NCBI GenBank assembly: GCA_964016885.1 | Contig: OZ024742.1 | Location: 290,780,001 to 290,844,000 of the forward strand | DNA length: 64,000 nt | DNA from: Eledone cirrhosa | Lineage: Eukaryota | Direction: 5' to 3' | Shown: one piece after another, positions 25,305 through 39,000 of the stretch | Numbering within the stretch: position 1 is the first letter of the stretch | Layout of the letters: each line of letters begins with the position of its first letter | The notes under the pieces: generated by a model | The model's input: only the letters and a program-made list of their open reading frames with translations | Database searches by the model: none | Told to the model about the DNA's origin: nothing | Made by a program: the position numbers and the translations under genes

Positions 25305-26525
25305 ATGACACTGCAGCTTTATGATTCTTCATCTCCTTGATTGCTTCTTTGACCCTATAACTATCAACCTCAATAGCTGGTCCTTCTTTTGGGTAAGTAA
25401 GGGGTAGTCTTTCCTCTTCCCATTAATTCTCTACATTCATCAGTCTCTCATAGTAACATTTCCAGGCCTCTTTCTTTTGAACATTAGTGATGCTAAGTGC
25501 ATGAGAGTAATTTTTAATACACTTTTCCCCAACTACATCCTGATTCACACTGACACACTGCCTTGTGATATGGTACACTTCTCGTCTCTGGTCCTCACAT
25601 CGCAAGACATCAACAAACTTTCTTTTTTCAGCCTTTCTTTCAACTCCGTATACCTGTCATCTATCTTCTCCCTTACCTATCTGGTACCGGTCTCTGATAT
25701 CCCCATTTTTCCAGTATTTCCATGCCTGTTTCTTGGCTTTAATGGCTCTATCCACTGTGCTTTTCCACCACCAGGTCACCCTCTGTCTAGCTGGTGAAAA
25801 GGTTGTCACGCAAGATTTCTGATTGTTGTCTATGTTATATGTATCTGGCTTGTCAATCCTCTCATCGAATGCATCTCATAGGGCCTTTCCAAACCTGCCA
25901 TGTAACATTGCATTTTGCATGCAGGCATCACATAGTCATCCCATCACTCTGAAAGAGCAGCCATTTATTGCCAGCAATGGCAGCAACTACCTGGTCTTCT
26001 TCCAGCCTGTTCTTACTTTGGCTATAAAACTTTCAGAGCATCCACCTACACTACTAATGTGATCTCCTAGATAGCATAAGCTGTCTATCATTTCCAGCAA
26101 ACCTTCTGAACATCTAATAGGGTTTATCTCTTGAGTATTCTTACTGTTAACTATTCCTACACATCTACCACTCACAAAGCCTGACCTTCCCATCAGTCTA
26201 TCGGTGGTTCCACTACCTCTCGTAGGTGTCCAGTCTACACTGGATACAAAGTATGGAATTCCTACTCCACCTCCCTTTTCTACACATTGAGCATGGTCAT
26301 TCCCTGATAGTAGCAGAGTCTTATCTTTATTTCTTACTAAAACTTCAGTCTTTGAGGTCATTTGATTCCAGATTTTGCTTCTATGTCTGGAACTTCCTTT
26401 CTAGTTCTTCTATCATTTCAGCTATGATGGCACAGAGGAGCTACCATGCACAACCAGTCTTGAATACCTCTGTTATAGCTTGTAGGACTATAATAAACAA
26501 GAGGGAACTGATGACTGGGCCTTGG
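25305..26525 (-). mobile_element. Two rearranged RTE LINE fragments
   Basis: TWWWK/DVVGEKCI/AWKCYYERL (25305-25815) and YLGDHISSVGGCSES...RTGWKK (25850-26525). Confidence 0.8.
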
Positions 26526-27094
26526 CAAGCCCTGTTTATGTTATCATAATTTTATGTAAGACTCTTTGTTAATCCAAATACCAGTTAAATAATGAGAAAA
26601 TTAGTTGTATTACTAAATTGCATTATTTTCAAGTGGATTGGCAATATCGGTAGAGGGTCGGACACCATGCTTTGACGCATAGTTACGGCCCTTGCCATTC
26701 TGTGTTCAAATCCCGCCGAGGTTAACTTTTCCTTTCATCCTTACGGGGTTGATAAAATAAAGTACCAGTAATGTACTGGGTAATTGCTGGCCTTGTGCCA
26801 ATAGTAGAAACAATTATTTTCAAATGGCAGTGGATTGGCAGTATCGGTAGAGCATCAGACACCATGCTTTGCAACATAGAGTTATGGCACTTTACCTCCT
26901 GAGTTCAAATCCGACCGAGGTTAACTTTTCCTTAACTTTTCCTAATGGTAACTTACAGGAATAGGAGCATATTTGTAAATAACTCTACACCAATTAATTG
27001 AGTGACTTGGTCTAGAAAGTTCACATGTCCCAGATGTAAGAGCAGTACTCCATTGTGGGTTTCTTTCACCTGAACTTTCTAAAGGGTCAGCAAT

Positions 27095-27458
27095 TGATGA
27101 GAGAGTTGTAGTATTTTCTGGTCATGGGGAGCTAGTGTTTAGGGTGTAGTCCTTGCTATGTTGAAGATGCATATTTGCCATAAGAGATCCTCAGAGATTG
27201 CTAGGTTGAGCATTTGGAGCAATTGCAACGCCCTAATTGTGTGATGCTTATAAAAGGGGTGGGAGAAGTATGATAATGTTTTCTTGATTTGAGCAGAGTT
27301 TGGGTTATTTTGGCTGTTGAAAGAGACATGCTTGTCATTGCTTCATTGGAGGATGGTTTTGAGGTCTCTTTCATGGAGTCATTACAGACTTGGTGTGAGA
27401 CAGTCAACAATTAGTTGAGAAAGGTTATGGAAGAATGAAGGGTTGTTACATTTGCATA
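27095..27458 (-). mobile_element. Possible Penelope-like (GIY-YIG end) relic
   Basis: Degenerate GRCNCSKCST and TL-A-PH-like remnants; a similar decayed segment lies near 31900-32240. Confidence 0.3.
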
Positions 27459-28662
27459 AGAATGGGCATTGTTGAATGTGAAGTAAAGTAGATAATTGGT
27501 GTATAGAAAGAAAAGGAGGATGCAAAACTGCATGCAGGGGAACACCAAAGTTAGTTATAGTCTATAAACATATTAAAATTTATTTCATTGTGAACTGACG
27601 TGGCATCATAATCATCATTTCATGTCTGATCTTCTGTGCTGGCATGGGTTGGATAGGTTGTTACAGACCAATTCAGAACTTAATCAGGGTTACTAGTCTT
27701 CCAGACAAGTCAAGGGACTATGCCTCCTTTAAATATGTTCCACATTTGACATGGCTTCCAATGCTCTTTACACAGGATACTGGGTACATTTTATTGTGGC
27801 ACCACTGCTAAAGATGTTGTTGCATCCTTCATGTGATTAAAAAGGTCTTCTGAGCCTGTTTTTAGCACAGCCACAAAAGCTGGCTGCACTTCCTATCACT
27901 AACCACTTCACAGAGTATATTGGGTGCATTTTATTGTGGCACCACTGTTGCATAGGTTATTATATCCATGGCATGATTGAGCAGTCTTCTCAATCCTTTT
28001 TTTGGCATGATTTCTATTGTTGAATGTTCTTCTTTAATGCCAACCATGTTACAGAGTGCATTGGGTTCATTTTATCATGGCACCAGCACTAAAGAGGTTA
28101 TCATGTCATTAATGTGACTGAAGCTTCCTCTCTACCTTTTTGACAAGATTTATGACTGGATTACCTTTCTAAACCTAATTAGTTTAAAAAATTGACACAT
28201 GTACAATTAATGCTTTGATACTAGCCTACTGAAAACCATCTCTGTTTCTATGAAACAAAAGCACCCATTTTGAAACATTCCTATTTATATTAAAATCGTC
28301 CAACATAATTTCATATAACTACTATATGTTAAGTTACTATCTTAGTAATGAAATTATTTATAATTTTAGTAAATCTATCCAAATTCTTAATTAAATAATT
28401 GAAATACATAGTTCATATTTAAATTAGTATCTTCTAACATAATTTTATATAAAAACCATATGTTAAGTTACTATTTTGTTAATGAAATAACAATTTTACT
28501 AAATCCCTCAAAATTTCCATTAATTGGAATACAGTAATGGGTTAAGATCTTGTCTAGGTACAGTAACATAAGAAAGCATCTGTTAGTTATATGACTATTT
28601 TCCTCCACTTGTGTCTTTCTTTCATCATTTCCTCTCTGAGGTTCAACATTTTGACATCAACT
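27459..28662 (+). repeat. Intragenic segmental duplication, copy 2, with internal deletion
   Basis: 27459-28600 matches 1-1155, then 28598-28662 matches 2804-2864. Confidence 0.95.
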
Positions 28663-29005
28663 CTCAGCACCCCTTCACAGATTTTCCATAGTTTTCCTCC
28701 ACTTCTCTATCTTTTGTCATCTCTGTGAGGTTCACTGTTCTGACATCAACTCTCATCACTTCTGCCCAGGTTTTCCTCCTCTTATCTATTTCCTTTGCCA
28801 GCTCCTCTATGAGATTCAGTATTCTGAAATCAACTGTTTTTCCCTCATCTGTTCCATTACAAATATACATGTTGTCAGCACTCCTAGTATAAATAGCTTG
28901 CATATGCGTTCAAACCAGTGCTTGTTGAGTGAGTCAATTGAGAGCAGCCTGACGATGGAAAATAGTTTTCCTATTTCACTTATTGTCCTGGTAAATATAA
29001 TATAA

Positions 29006-29913
29006 TCTATATATATAAAACTGAGGATGTCTGTCTGTGTGTGTGTGAGTTTGAATCCCTAAAACTCAAGAACCACCCAACCGACTGTTTTCAAACTTTA
29101 CACATGTAATACTTACGTTTCAGGGAAAGTTCTGAGCAAAAGAAATTTCAAATTTTCATGGCCCTAGGGACCGCATTAGGCGATTTAGCGATCTCTCTCT
29201 ATAATTCTTAGTCTTTCTCTTTTTAGATAGATACATACATATAACGTCACGCCCTTATACTATCTGTCTGTATATCTGGCTGGCTGTCTGCATTACGTCA
29301 CTTCCCTGAGATGTCTGTCTCTGTGTGCGCGTCTGTGAATTTGAATCCCTAAAACTCGAGAAGTATTTTTCAAACTTTACATGTGTATTACTTATGTTTC
29401 AGGGAGTGTTATGCACATAAAAAAATGCAACTTTTTGATCTTCTAGGGCCCGCATTAGGTGAAAAACTGCGTTTTTTTTCAGCTTTTTAGGGGTTGCTTG
29501 AGGCGTTACGTCCGACCGATTTCCTTGAAATTGTAACTATGTATTAGTCAGTCTGTTCTTCATACCATGAGCAAAGAAAATCCAACTTTTTTATGGCCTA
29601 TGGCCCGCATTAGGTGAAAAACTACATTTTTTCAGCTGTTTAGGGCTTTGAGGCGTTACGTCTAGCCGATTTTCCCGAAATTTCAAGGCATATTATGCAC
29701 ATAAAAATGAAAATCCCCTAGGGCCCGCATTAGGTGAAAACCTGCATTTTTCCTGCTTCATCTAGGACAATCTTAAAGATTATCCAGCTATCAGAGTATA
29801 TGGTTTATTTTCTTTACATATTGTCCAGGTATGTAGTTTTTCCACGATTAGGTCTGTTGGCGGCCCGCGTTCCAAAATACCTTATCCCGTGCAACGCCGG
29901 GTACCACTGTGAG
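29006..29913 (+). mobile_element. Non-autonomous Helitron-like element
   Basis: 5' A|TCTATATATATAAAA followed by (gtct)n; subterminal hairpin cccgtgcaacgccggg; degenerate 3' end; internal tandem subrepeats. Confidence 0.75.
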
Positions 29914-29928
29914 TATAATATAAATATA

Positions 29929-30835
29929 CTAGTAGTTTAGCCCGCCATTGCTCGGGTTTGCTCATTTGCTATGAAAAGTTACATACAGGTAAACGGGGCT
30001 TGAAAGTGAATAAGCTTATCAATGAAGTGCATAAAGCAGTTGAACCGGTTATTAAAAGTCACAAACCAATTAGCATTTTGGACAATCAATGATGGGTTAA
30101 TAATCTTCCAATAGCGAATTTAGCAGACCAAAGTTGCAAGATGGTGGCCCTGGGTCTCAAGGGGAAGTAGCGAAAAATTTCAATTGAACAGTGAAAAGTG
30201 AGTATTAAGTAAGTTGTATGAATGTGTGTTAAACCTCGAAGCATGAAGAGAGTAAAGCAGTTAAATTATAGAGAGGGGAGAATAATCTATTGTAGAGAGA
30301 GGGAAGAGCGACGGAGAGAGTGAAGCTATGTTTGTTGCTGTATAAATTGATGTGTTGCTTAGTTTTCAAAGTTTGTGTCGCGTTCCTTGAAAAGAAGTTT
30401 TGTCGCTATTCTAAACAGTAATGGTGATAGGGTAGTAGACGGAGGCAGTAACCTTTTAAAGAGAGTTGCAGAGAAGATTGTAGAGGGAGGGATGAACCTT
30501 TTAAAGAGAGTTGCAGAGGAGATTGAGAGTGGAGTAGAGGGGGGGGGGGTGAACCTTTTAAAGAGAGTTGCAACATGTATGTAGTTTCATAGATTGTTGA
30601 GGGTAGTAGTGAGAGTGAATAAGCGTGTAAAAGAGAGTGTTTCAGCATGTATTTAGTTTTATCGTTTTTTTTCATAGAAGCAGGAAATTTTTGGCAAACT
30701 TTATTACGCGTTGACCAGACTTGGTAAATTTGGAGCACGTTGGAAAAAAATTCATCAAAATCGGTAGAGAAATGTGGAAATGCATAAAAATCATACACAC
30801 ACACAGACAGACATCTACCGTTTTATATATATTGA
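29929..30835 (-). mobile_element. Non-autonomous Helitron-like element
   Basis: On the - strand begins TCAATATATATAAAA+(gtct)n and ends cccgagcaatggcggg...CTAG|T. Confidence 0.8.
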
Positions 30836-31439
30836 GAAGAACAAACTCTTCAGCCTTGACTGGGTGATATATTTCAGTTGTGTCTTCTGGGAAAACAATA
30901 GAAGATGCATTACCATGAAGAAACAGCCAGCAATACCTGCTGCATCAAACAATCTACTTCGTTAGGCTCCTTCCTCAGGTTTACTGGCTTCATTCCTGTT
31001 TGTGGAGGAAACTGACAGGCTAGGAATTGAGGACATTAGAGATCTCAATGGCAACCAGCAGAAAATGGAACCCATTCTAGCATGGAAGATAGACGTTAAA
31101 TGATGATGATGAGTCAATGCTTGGTATTTCGTCATCTTCCACTCCTCTGTGGAAAATCCAGGGAATTAAGACAACAGAGGCCCAGTAGTGACCAACACAA
31201 AATTCAAAGTCAGTCAGTCAGTATTTAGTCATCTTCCACTCATCTGTGTTGTAGATGTCAGCAACCAATGCTGTGGTCAAAGTGATGAGATTAATGTCAG
31301 CGAAAGTGTCACAAGATGTGGCATACCAGATGACTGACTTACCATACCCAAACAAGAAAAAGTTTAACCCATCTGGGCAGCTAACTATTTCTTTGTAAAT
31401 TTTTGTATTTTTGGCAGAATTAGTAGACTGGAAGGTATT

Positions 31440-31670
31440 TCAAATGTCTATCCTCATTAGATGGGCTCTACTCATCAGATGAGTGGGACTTAATTTAGTA
31501 GTCTCTACTCATGGATATGTGGGGCTTCCTTAGGTGGGCTCTACTGATGGATGTGGCGTTTCATTAGGTGGGTTCTACTTAAGGACATGAGTGGGACCTC
31601 ATTAGATGATCTCTACTCATGGATATGTGGAGATTGATTAGATGGACTCTACTTAAGGACATAAGTGTGG
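31440..31670. repeat. Degenerate tandem repeat of about 35 bp
   Basis: Recurrent cattagatgggctctactcatggat-like units. Confidence 0.7.
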
Positions 31671-32642
31671 CTGAGATAATACAGATTGGAACTTCAGCTT
31701 GCTTTTGTTGTCTCATAAGAAACAATTGACAAAAGAGGCCACTGTAGTAGTGGCAGAAAACACCGAAAGTGGACCAGAGGCTGAAACTTATCTGTGTGTG
31801 ACATTATATGAATCAGTTGTGTGGTCTTTCTCTGGATATGATCTAAGATATCTGTATGTGTAGCAGCAGCACTGTCACAGCTGTGAGAGTAGTATTCAAT
31901 TCTTGGCCTTATCTGAACTTTGCAGAGAATTAATAGTTACTAGCTCTGAAGCCAATGTTTTTGATGCAGTTTTTACTGTGTTGACATTGTGCGTTTTCCA
32001 GAAAAGATCCTCATTGAAGTTATCACAAAGGATTGTGTTGCATACTGTGTTTAAGTAGAGGGGTGGTGTGATAATATTTTCTTGATGCAGTTATTGCAGG
32101 TTTTTGCTGTTGAAGGTGACAATATTGGCATGATCCCAGAGTTGAGTGTGGGTCAAAGTGATTTTCAAAATTGGCTACGCTGTGTAGGTCAGTTTGAGAT
32201 ACGAAATTGGCAGTGTTGAGTGAGTTGGTGAGCTGTATTCATGCATACTATGATAGTGCAAGCTGACAAAAGGCCCCTGATCCAAGGAACAAATGGAGTC
32301 TATAACATGGAAGTTTTGACAGCTGTGATCCAAGTTTTGCTAGTGTTTTATTACTAAATCGTTCCAAATTCTTGTTTATTTTCAACATGATTTCAAATTA
32401 TAGACAGTGTCTTCCATTAAAAATGGTTATGTTTTAAATTTGAAAATATGTTAGCACTTTTGGGTAGCCATGGCAATGCAAATAACTATAAATAATAGTT
32501 GAATAAGTTAGCTAAAGTACTCTAGAGATTAAAAAAAGATTACAGAAATACCTGTGAGAATGAAATCATAAATTAGCTCAATCATTTTTCATAATTTTAT
32601 TATTGTTTTGAAATAATTTGTTGGTTTGTGTTTGAAATCTAG

Positions 32643-32776
32643 ACATGGTACCTGACACCTGGTCACCTATGGCAGAAAGTGAACTCTGAAAAATTGTTGA
32701 AGTCAAAGAAGGAAAGGAATATGATGAGATCTTTACCACTTTCAAAAGCAAACTTCCTCAATATAAAATAATCAAA
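32643..32776 (+). CDS. PARP-like exon G: start of ART domain, contains premature TGA
   Basis: tctag|ACATG...ATCAAA|gtttgt; MVPDTWSPMAESEL*KIVEVKEGKEYDEIFTTF...KIIK; TGA at 32687-32689. Confidence 0.85.
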
Positions 32777-34008
32777 GTTTGTATTTTCCTTCCATAATGT
32801 TATTGTTTATTCAATTTCACCACCTATTACCACATTGGTGTTTAGTTGGACACCATACTCTCAGTCTTCTAGTATCCAGTTGGATTATGGTGGTTTCTGT
32901 ATTGGTGTTTCACTTAGGTTCAGTCTCTGAGATGTGAGCCATACAAATGCCATTGCTGGTTCACAGTAGATGTGTATAAACTGTCATGTCACTTCAGTGC
33001 TGACTGCTTCCCTGTGGATTGGCAGTATTGGTAGAGGGTCGGATGCCATGCTTTCCAGCATAGTTACGTCCCTTAACGATCCGAGTTCAAATCTCGCCGA
33101 GGTTGACTTTGCCTTTCATCCTTACGGGGTCGATAAAATAAAGTACCAGTAATGCACTGGATATTTGCTGGCCTTGTGCCTAAAGTAGAAACAATTATTA
33201 AACATGACTTGGATATGGCTGGTTTCTCATTACTGCTAAATCCAGTGAGGCATGACCAAAGGGATAATGAAAGACTGGACAACATCTTTCCCTCATGGGG
33301 TGGTAAGCCCATAACCTGAGATATAACATTTATTGTAAGCTTCTGCAGTAGCAACCTGGTTAAGTTGGTGCCAAACCTAAACTTTGTCACCTGACATGCT
33401 GAAGATTGCAAGCTGTCAAAATACCAGATGCTCTGCTGGTGCTACAAAAACCACACCCAGTATACTCTGTATGAAACATATGAACAAGACATAGTTCTTC
33501 AACCCAACTTATCTCAAATTGTGACAACCCATCCAACCCATGTTAGCATGGAAAGTGGATGTAAAAATTATGATGATGATGAGTTGTGAAACTTGATCTG
33601 AAGAAAATATAGGCTTCAAACCTTAAACAATTATTTATGAATTGGCAGTATCGGTAGAGGGTCGGACATGCTTACCAGCATAGTTATGTCCCTTTACGTT
33701 CTGTGTTCAAATCCCGCCGAGGTTAACTTTGCCTTTCATCCTTACGGGGTCGATAAAATAAAGTACCAGTAATGTACTGGGTAATTGCTGGCCTTGTGCC
33801 AAAAGTAGAAACAATTATTTATTAACAAACCTAAATCCTAGACTTTAAAAATAACTTCTCTAGAATTTCTATATTTTTGATTGGGTAAAATTACTCTTAT
33901 TTTAGCCCTTCAAAAAACATACAAAAACTGTTAACTTCACTTTATATACAGCATTTATTTCTTGGTATGAAAATCTTTGTTGTGCTGACTATGACTTGCA
34001 ATCACACA

Positions 34009-35070
34009 GTTTGTAACTTGGTCACTGACACATTACCACTGTCACACTGTGACCTGGTCACTGACACAGTGCTACTATCACACTGTGGACCTGGTCACTG
34101 ACACAGTGCTACTATCACACTGTGGACCTGGTCACTGACACAGTACCACTGATATACTGTGACCTGGTCACTGACACAGAACTACTGACATACTGTAACC
34201 TGGTCACTGACACAGTAGCACTGTCATGCTGTGACCTGGTCACTGACACACTGTGACCTGGTCACTGCCATAGTACTACTGCCACATTGTGACCTGGTCA
34301 CTAACACAGTACCACTGACATACTGTGACCTGGTCATGGACACGGTACCACTGACATACTGTGACCTGGTCACTGACACCATACTACTGACATACTGTGA
34401 CCTGGTCACTAACACAGTACCACTGACATACTGTGATCTGATCAATGACACAGTACTACTGATGTACTGTGACCTGGTCACTGACACAGTACCACTGACA
34501 TACTGTGACCTGGTTACTGACACAGTACCACTGTCACACTGTGACCTGGTCACTAACACAGTACTACTGACATACTGTGACCTGGTCACTAACACAGTAC
34601 CACTGTCACACTGTGACCTGGTCACTGACACCATACTACTGACATACTGTGACCTGGTCACTGACACAGTACTACTAACATACTGTGACCTGATCACTGA
34701 CACAGTACCACTGTCACACTGTGACTTGATCACTAACACAGTACCACTGACATACTGTGACCTGGTCACTGACACAGTACCACTGTCACACTGTGACCTG
34801 GTCACTAACACAGTACTACTGACATACTGTGACCTGACCTGGTCACTAACACAGTACCACTGTCACACTGTGACCTGGTCACTAACACAGTACCACTGAC
34901 ATACTGTGACCTGGTCACTGACACAGTGCTACTAACATACTGTGACCTGATCACTGACACAGTACCACTGTCACACTGTGACTTGATCACTAACACAGTA
35001 CCAATGACATACTGTGACCTGGTCACTAACACAGTACCACTGACATACTGTGACCTGGTCACTGACACAG
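34009..35070. repeat. 36-bp minisatellite with internal palindrome
   Basis: Unit gtgacctggtcactgacacagtaccactgacatact, roughly 29 copies. Confidence 0.95.
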
Positions 35071-35105
35071 TTCTAATGAAACTCATTTCATATTTCTTAA
35101 TACAG

Positions 35106-35287
35106 ATTGAGAGAATACAGAACAAAACATTATACCATTGCTATCAAATTATGAAAAAGAAGTTTCAAGCAGACAACCCTCACCTAAGAAATGAAGTACA
35201 AGACTTTTGGCATGGCACTTCTGTAGATGCTATTAAAGGAATAAATAGGGGGGGGGGGCTTTAACTGGAGCTACTGTGGTAAAAATG
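35106..35287 (+). CDS. PARP-like exon H: ART domain with HGT motif, +1 frameshift in G run
   Basis: tacag|IERIQNKTLY...FWHGTS...INRGG then, in the shifted frame, FNWSYCGKN|gtaaga; 11 G where 7 or 10 would keep frame. Confidence 0.9.
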
Positions 35288-35444
35288 GTAAGAAACTGTT
35301 TATTTTAACCCTTTCATACCAAATTGCCTAAGCCTCCTCCCACTCCTTCTTCCATGAAAAGAAGATTAATGATATACCTAGAACACTTTTAGAAATCAAA
35401 TTTCAAAAATTTGCTTCTGAACTTATGTGCCACTCTCTCTCTCT

Positions 35445-35492
<48 letters not shown>

Positions 35493-36079
35493 GCATACTG
35501 CCTACAGACGCAATTAATTTGTACCTTTAATCTCTCTCTATATATATATATATTAGCAGATGTCTGTGCATAATGCCAGTGAGGGAGTGAGAGGGCAGAG
35601 AAAGAAACAGCGAGGCAAAGTGAGGAAGTGGCTCGTTACTTCTCCTCATTCATCACACCCTTTTCGATAGAGGAAGAAATGTAAATAGTGTGAGTGTGTG
35701 AGTGAGTTAGAAAGAGAGAGAGAGAGAGTGAAAGAAAGAGACATAGAGTAAAAGACAGGAAGTGTTACAAAAGGTGAGAGAGAATATGTGTGAGCGAGAG
35801 AAACTCAGAATGAGAAATAGACAGAGAAAAGAGAAAGAAACACAGAGAGAACTTATAACTGCACTCATCATAATATTAAAACACACCCGTAAAATACATC
35901 CAATATCTGTATCATTTCGTCCAGAATCCAATCTTTGCTTTTTCAGTGCTATTCGATAATTCTGTCTGATTGTTCAAAACAATCTTCTTGTATTTTTTAA
36001 ATTCCCATAATTCTTCTCTTATCACTGTTATATATGCTTGTTCAATTATGCCCAAAAATTCGAGGATTTTATTTAAACC

Positions 36080-39000
36080 TTCTCGCTAACTACCCCATAT
36101 CCCTCCCACCACCTTTATTACGTGTACCAATCATAAGTCAGCGGCCTATGCTATCACTTCTTAAGTTTAGACCTGGTTGCCTTTCGATATGATGGATGGA
36201 CTACGGAATTCTGGAGAGTTTGAAAAGAAAAAAATCTGGACACTCAGTGACAATGCCAAAGATAAAGACAAATTCACCTCATGCTGCCAGACGAGAATGC
36301 AAGGACTCCTCCTCTTTATTTCGGCCGCGGATGGCTAACATAACCCCATTTCTCCCCCCCCCCCCCTGCGCCCCACCGTTCCCACCCTCCAAACGCAATC
36401 CAAAACTTCAGAGTTGGTACCATGAATGTAGGCACCTTAAAAGGTCACTCCAACGAGGTTGTAGAAATGCTTGAACGTAAGGAGGTCGATGTTTGCTGTA
36501 TTCAAGAGACCAGATGGAGGGGTGGGTCTGCTAGATTCATTGTGGGTAAAAAACGATGCTATAAGCTTTTCTAGGTGGGAAATGACAATGGGCTGGGTGG
36601 AGTAGGAATCATGGTAGCAGAAAAGTGGGCAGATAAGATAATAAACGTAAATAGAGTGAACGACAGAATAATTAAAATAAGACTTGTCCTCAATAGAACT
36701 ACTGTGACAATAATATCTGCATATGCACCCCAATCCAGACTACCTGGCGTTATAAAAGACAGATTCTATGAGTCGTTAATGCTCACTACCTCCCAAATAA
36801 CTGGCAGTGACCACATAATTATCGTTGGACAACATTGTGACGGCTATGACGGAATCCATGGAGGCTATGGGTTTGGTACTAGAAATGAGGAAGGCTCCAG
36901 AATCCTGGAATTCTGTGACGCAAATAACCTAACTATCTGTAACACTAACTTCAAAAAACGAGACAATCACTTGATCACCTATAGATCAGGGGAACACACC
37001 AGCCAGATAGATTATATCCTTACCAGAAGACGTGACAGAGTGTCTGTTGTAAACAGTAGCAGGAGTTGCCTCCCTTGTTGTGACACTCACATCACCAATA
37101 GATTAACGCTCTCTAGATAGGAAGTAGAACCCTTTCTGTAACTTCCGGTCAGACCCTATAACGGGAATAACTTTAAGCTCCCTATCTCTCATTTGTCTTT
37201 CCGGCTCCTGGCCTTCGCCAGCCATCTTCGGCCAGGCGCGTTCGCCTGGCAATCAAATGGTAACTAATAACTTTGCTTCATTCTCTCATCTATTCATTGA
37301 CATGTCAACTATACTGTTCTATATATCCACAAATTGTTGATTAAATATTATACACACAAACCACGTCTCTTGTTATACTTATACAACCCAGTATTTTGTT
37401 ATAAGTGGTGACTCCGAAAAAAAAGAAAAAATAGCAGAATCTGGTGTTGTGTGAGTAACATTACGAATACGCAGCAAATTTTATTGACAAACTATGAAAA
37501 TACGCAGTCAAAGAAACGAACACACGCACATGTGAAATTCTCGTTCAGACAGACTCTTTTTTTCTCATGCATCAACTAACTGTCGCATTTCACTGTATAT
37601 ATATATATGTTTTTCGTTTCTTTCTTACAACGAACACTTTAAAAACAAACAAAAAAAAAATTTGATTTTTTTTTTTAAAAAACATTTCAACATGAACATT
37701 TATTTTCGATGAATCTCAACTATTGCTTTATTTCATCGTTTTCTTCATCGTTCAAGTTTTTTTCATCGTTCACAAAAAAAAAAAAATTGAACTCGGCATA
37801 TTTGTTATACTAAGTGAAGCCTTTCTTTCTTTTTCATCATTGTCACTTTCACACACACATTTTTTTTCAAAATGTCTGCCAACGACCTGTTGCACTATCA
37901 TTTTCTCGCGCAATAGAAATATTTTTTTTTCAACTTAACCTTGTTTTGGCACGTGTAGGCAGCAGAATTCTCGACTTACGGAGATAACCACACGCCATGA
38001 GATAACGTTTCTCGCCAAAGATTCTCCAGCCTTAAGCTATATTCTCCTATTTGCCGGTTTAAAAATTTACCACATAAATTTGACGTTGAAAACTGCGCAT
38101 TTATTCAGAATGCTTATTTCTTTGGTCGCTGGCCTCTTGACCCTTCCAGGTCAACGCATTCTCAATATCGACCATCAACTTCGGCTGTTATTTCTAGCAC
38201 TTTGTGCAACTCATTTCTTCTAAAAAAAAATTTTTACTGTGAATCTAAACATCGAATACGCTCACTCCGCAAGACATCAACAGCAACACAGCTTCATCAA
38301 CAACCAAAACCAGCAGAACAAGCCAGAGAATTTATTTTTGCAGCACTCTTCCTGTGAGAAAATCCATTCGGAGGTTGGAAATTTCACGTTATACCACAGA
38401 ACAGAAACCACCTACATTCACTCTCTGGAACACACTTTCTTTCCTGCTGTCATGTGATTCCACACCTGTGAACTGTATTTTGAACATTTGAACTTTGAGC
38501 TCTTCTCTTACTTTGATTACATTGTATCTTTGGGTGATGGATAGATAGATGTCCAGTTGTTCTCTGACCAAGAGCGGTTGGCTACCTTGATATCTATCAT
38601 TGATTTTTGCAAACATTATTTTTTTTCGTAATTTTCATGCCTGTTACAACATTCTTGCCAACTTACTACATACATATTTCATTCGATTTTTATATTTTAA
38701 AATTCTGGCGGGAGGTAATGTAGCAGGAGTTGCCTCCCTTGTTGTGACACTCACATCACCAATAGATTAATGCTTTCTAGATAGGAAGTAGAACCCTTTC
38801 TGTAACTTCCGGTCAGACCCTATAAAGGGAATAACTTTAAGCTCCCTATCTCTCATTTGCCTTTCCGGCTCCTGGCCGTCGCCAGGCGTCTTCGGCCAGG
38901 CGCGTTCGCCTGGCAATCAAACGGTAACTAATAACTTTGCTTCATTCTCTCATCTATTCATTGACATGTCAACTATACTGTTCTATATATCCACAAATTG

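Noticed and set aside
32687-32689. In-frame TGA as selenocysteine or readthrough
   Set aside because: No SECIS recognised, and downstream exons carry independent lesions, so nonsense mutation is simpler
34009-35070. CRISPR-like array (palindromic ~36-bp period)
   Set aside because: No unique spacers because the whole unit repeats; no cas genes; eukaryotic intron
35248-35258. G11 run as a programmed frameshift or phase-variation switch
   Set aside because: Homopolymer length errors are common and cannot be judged without reads
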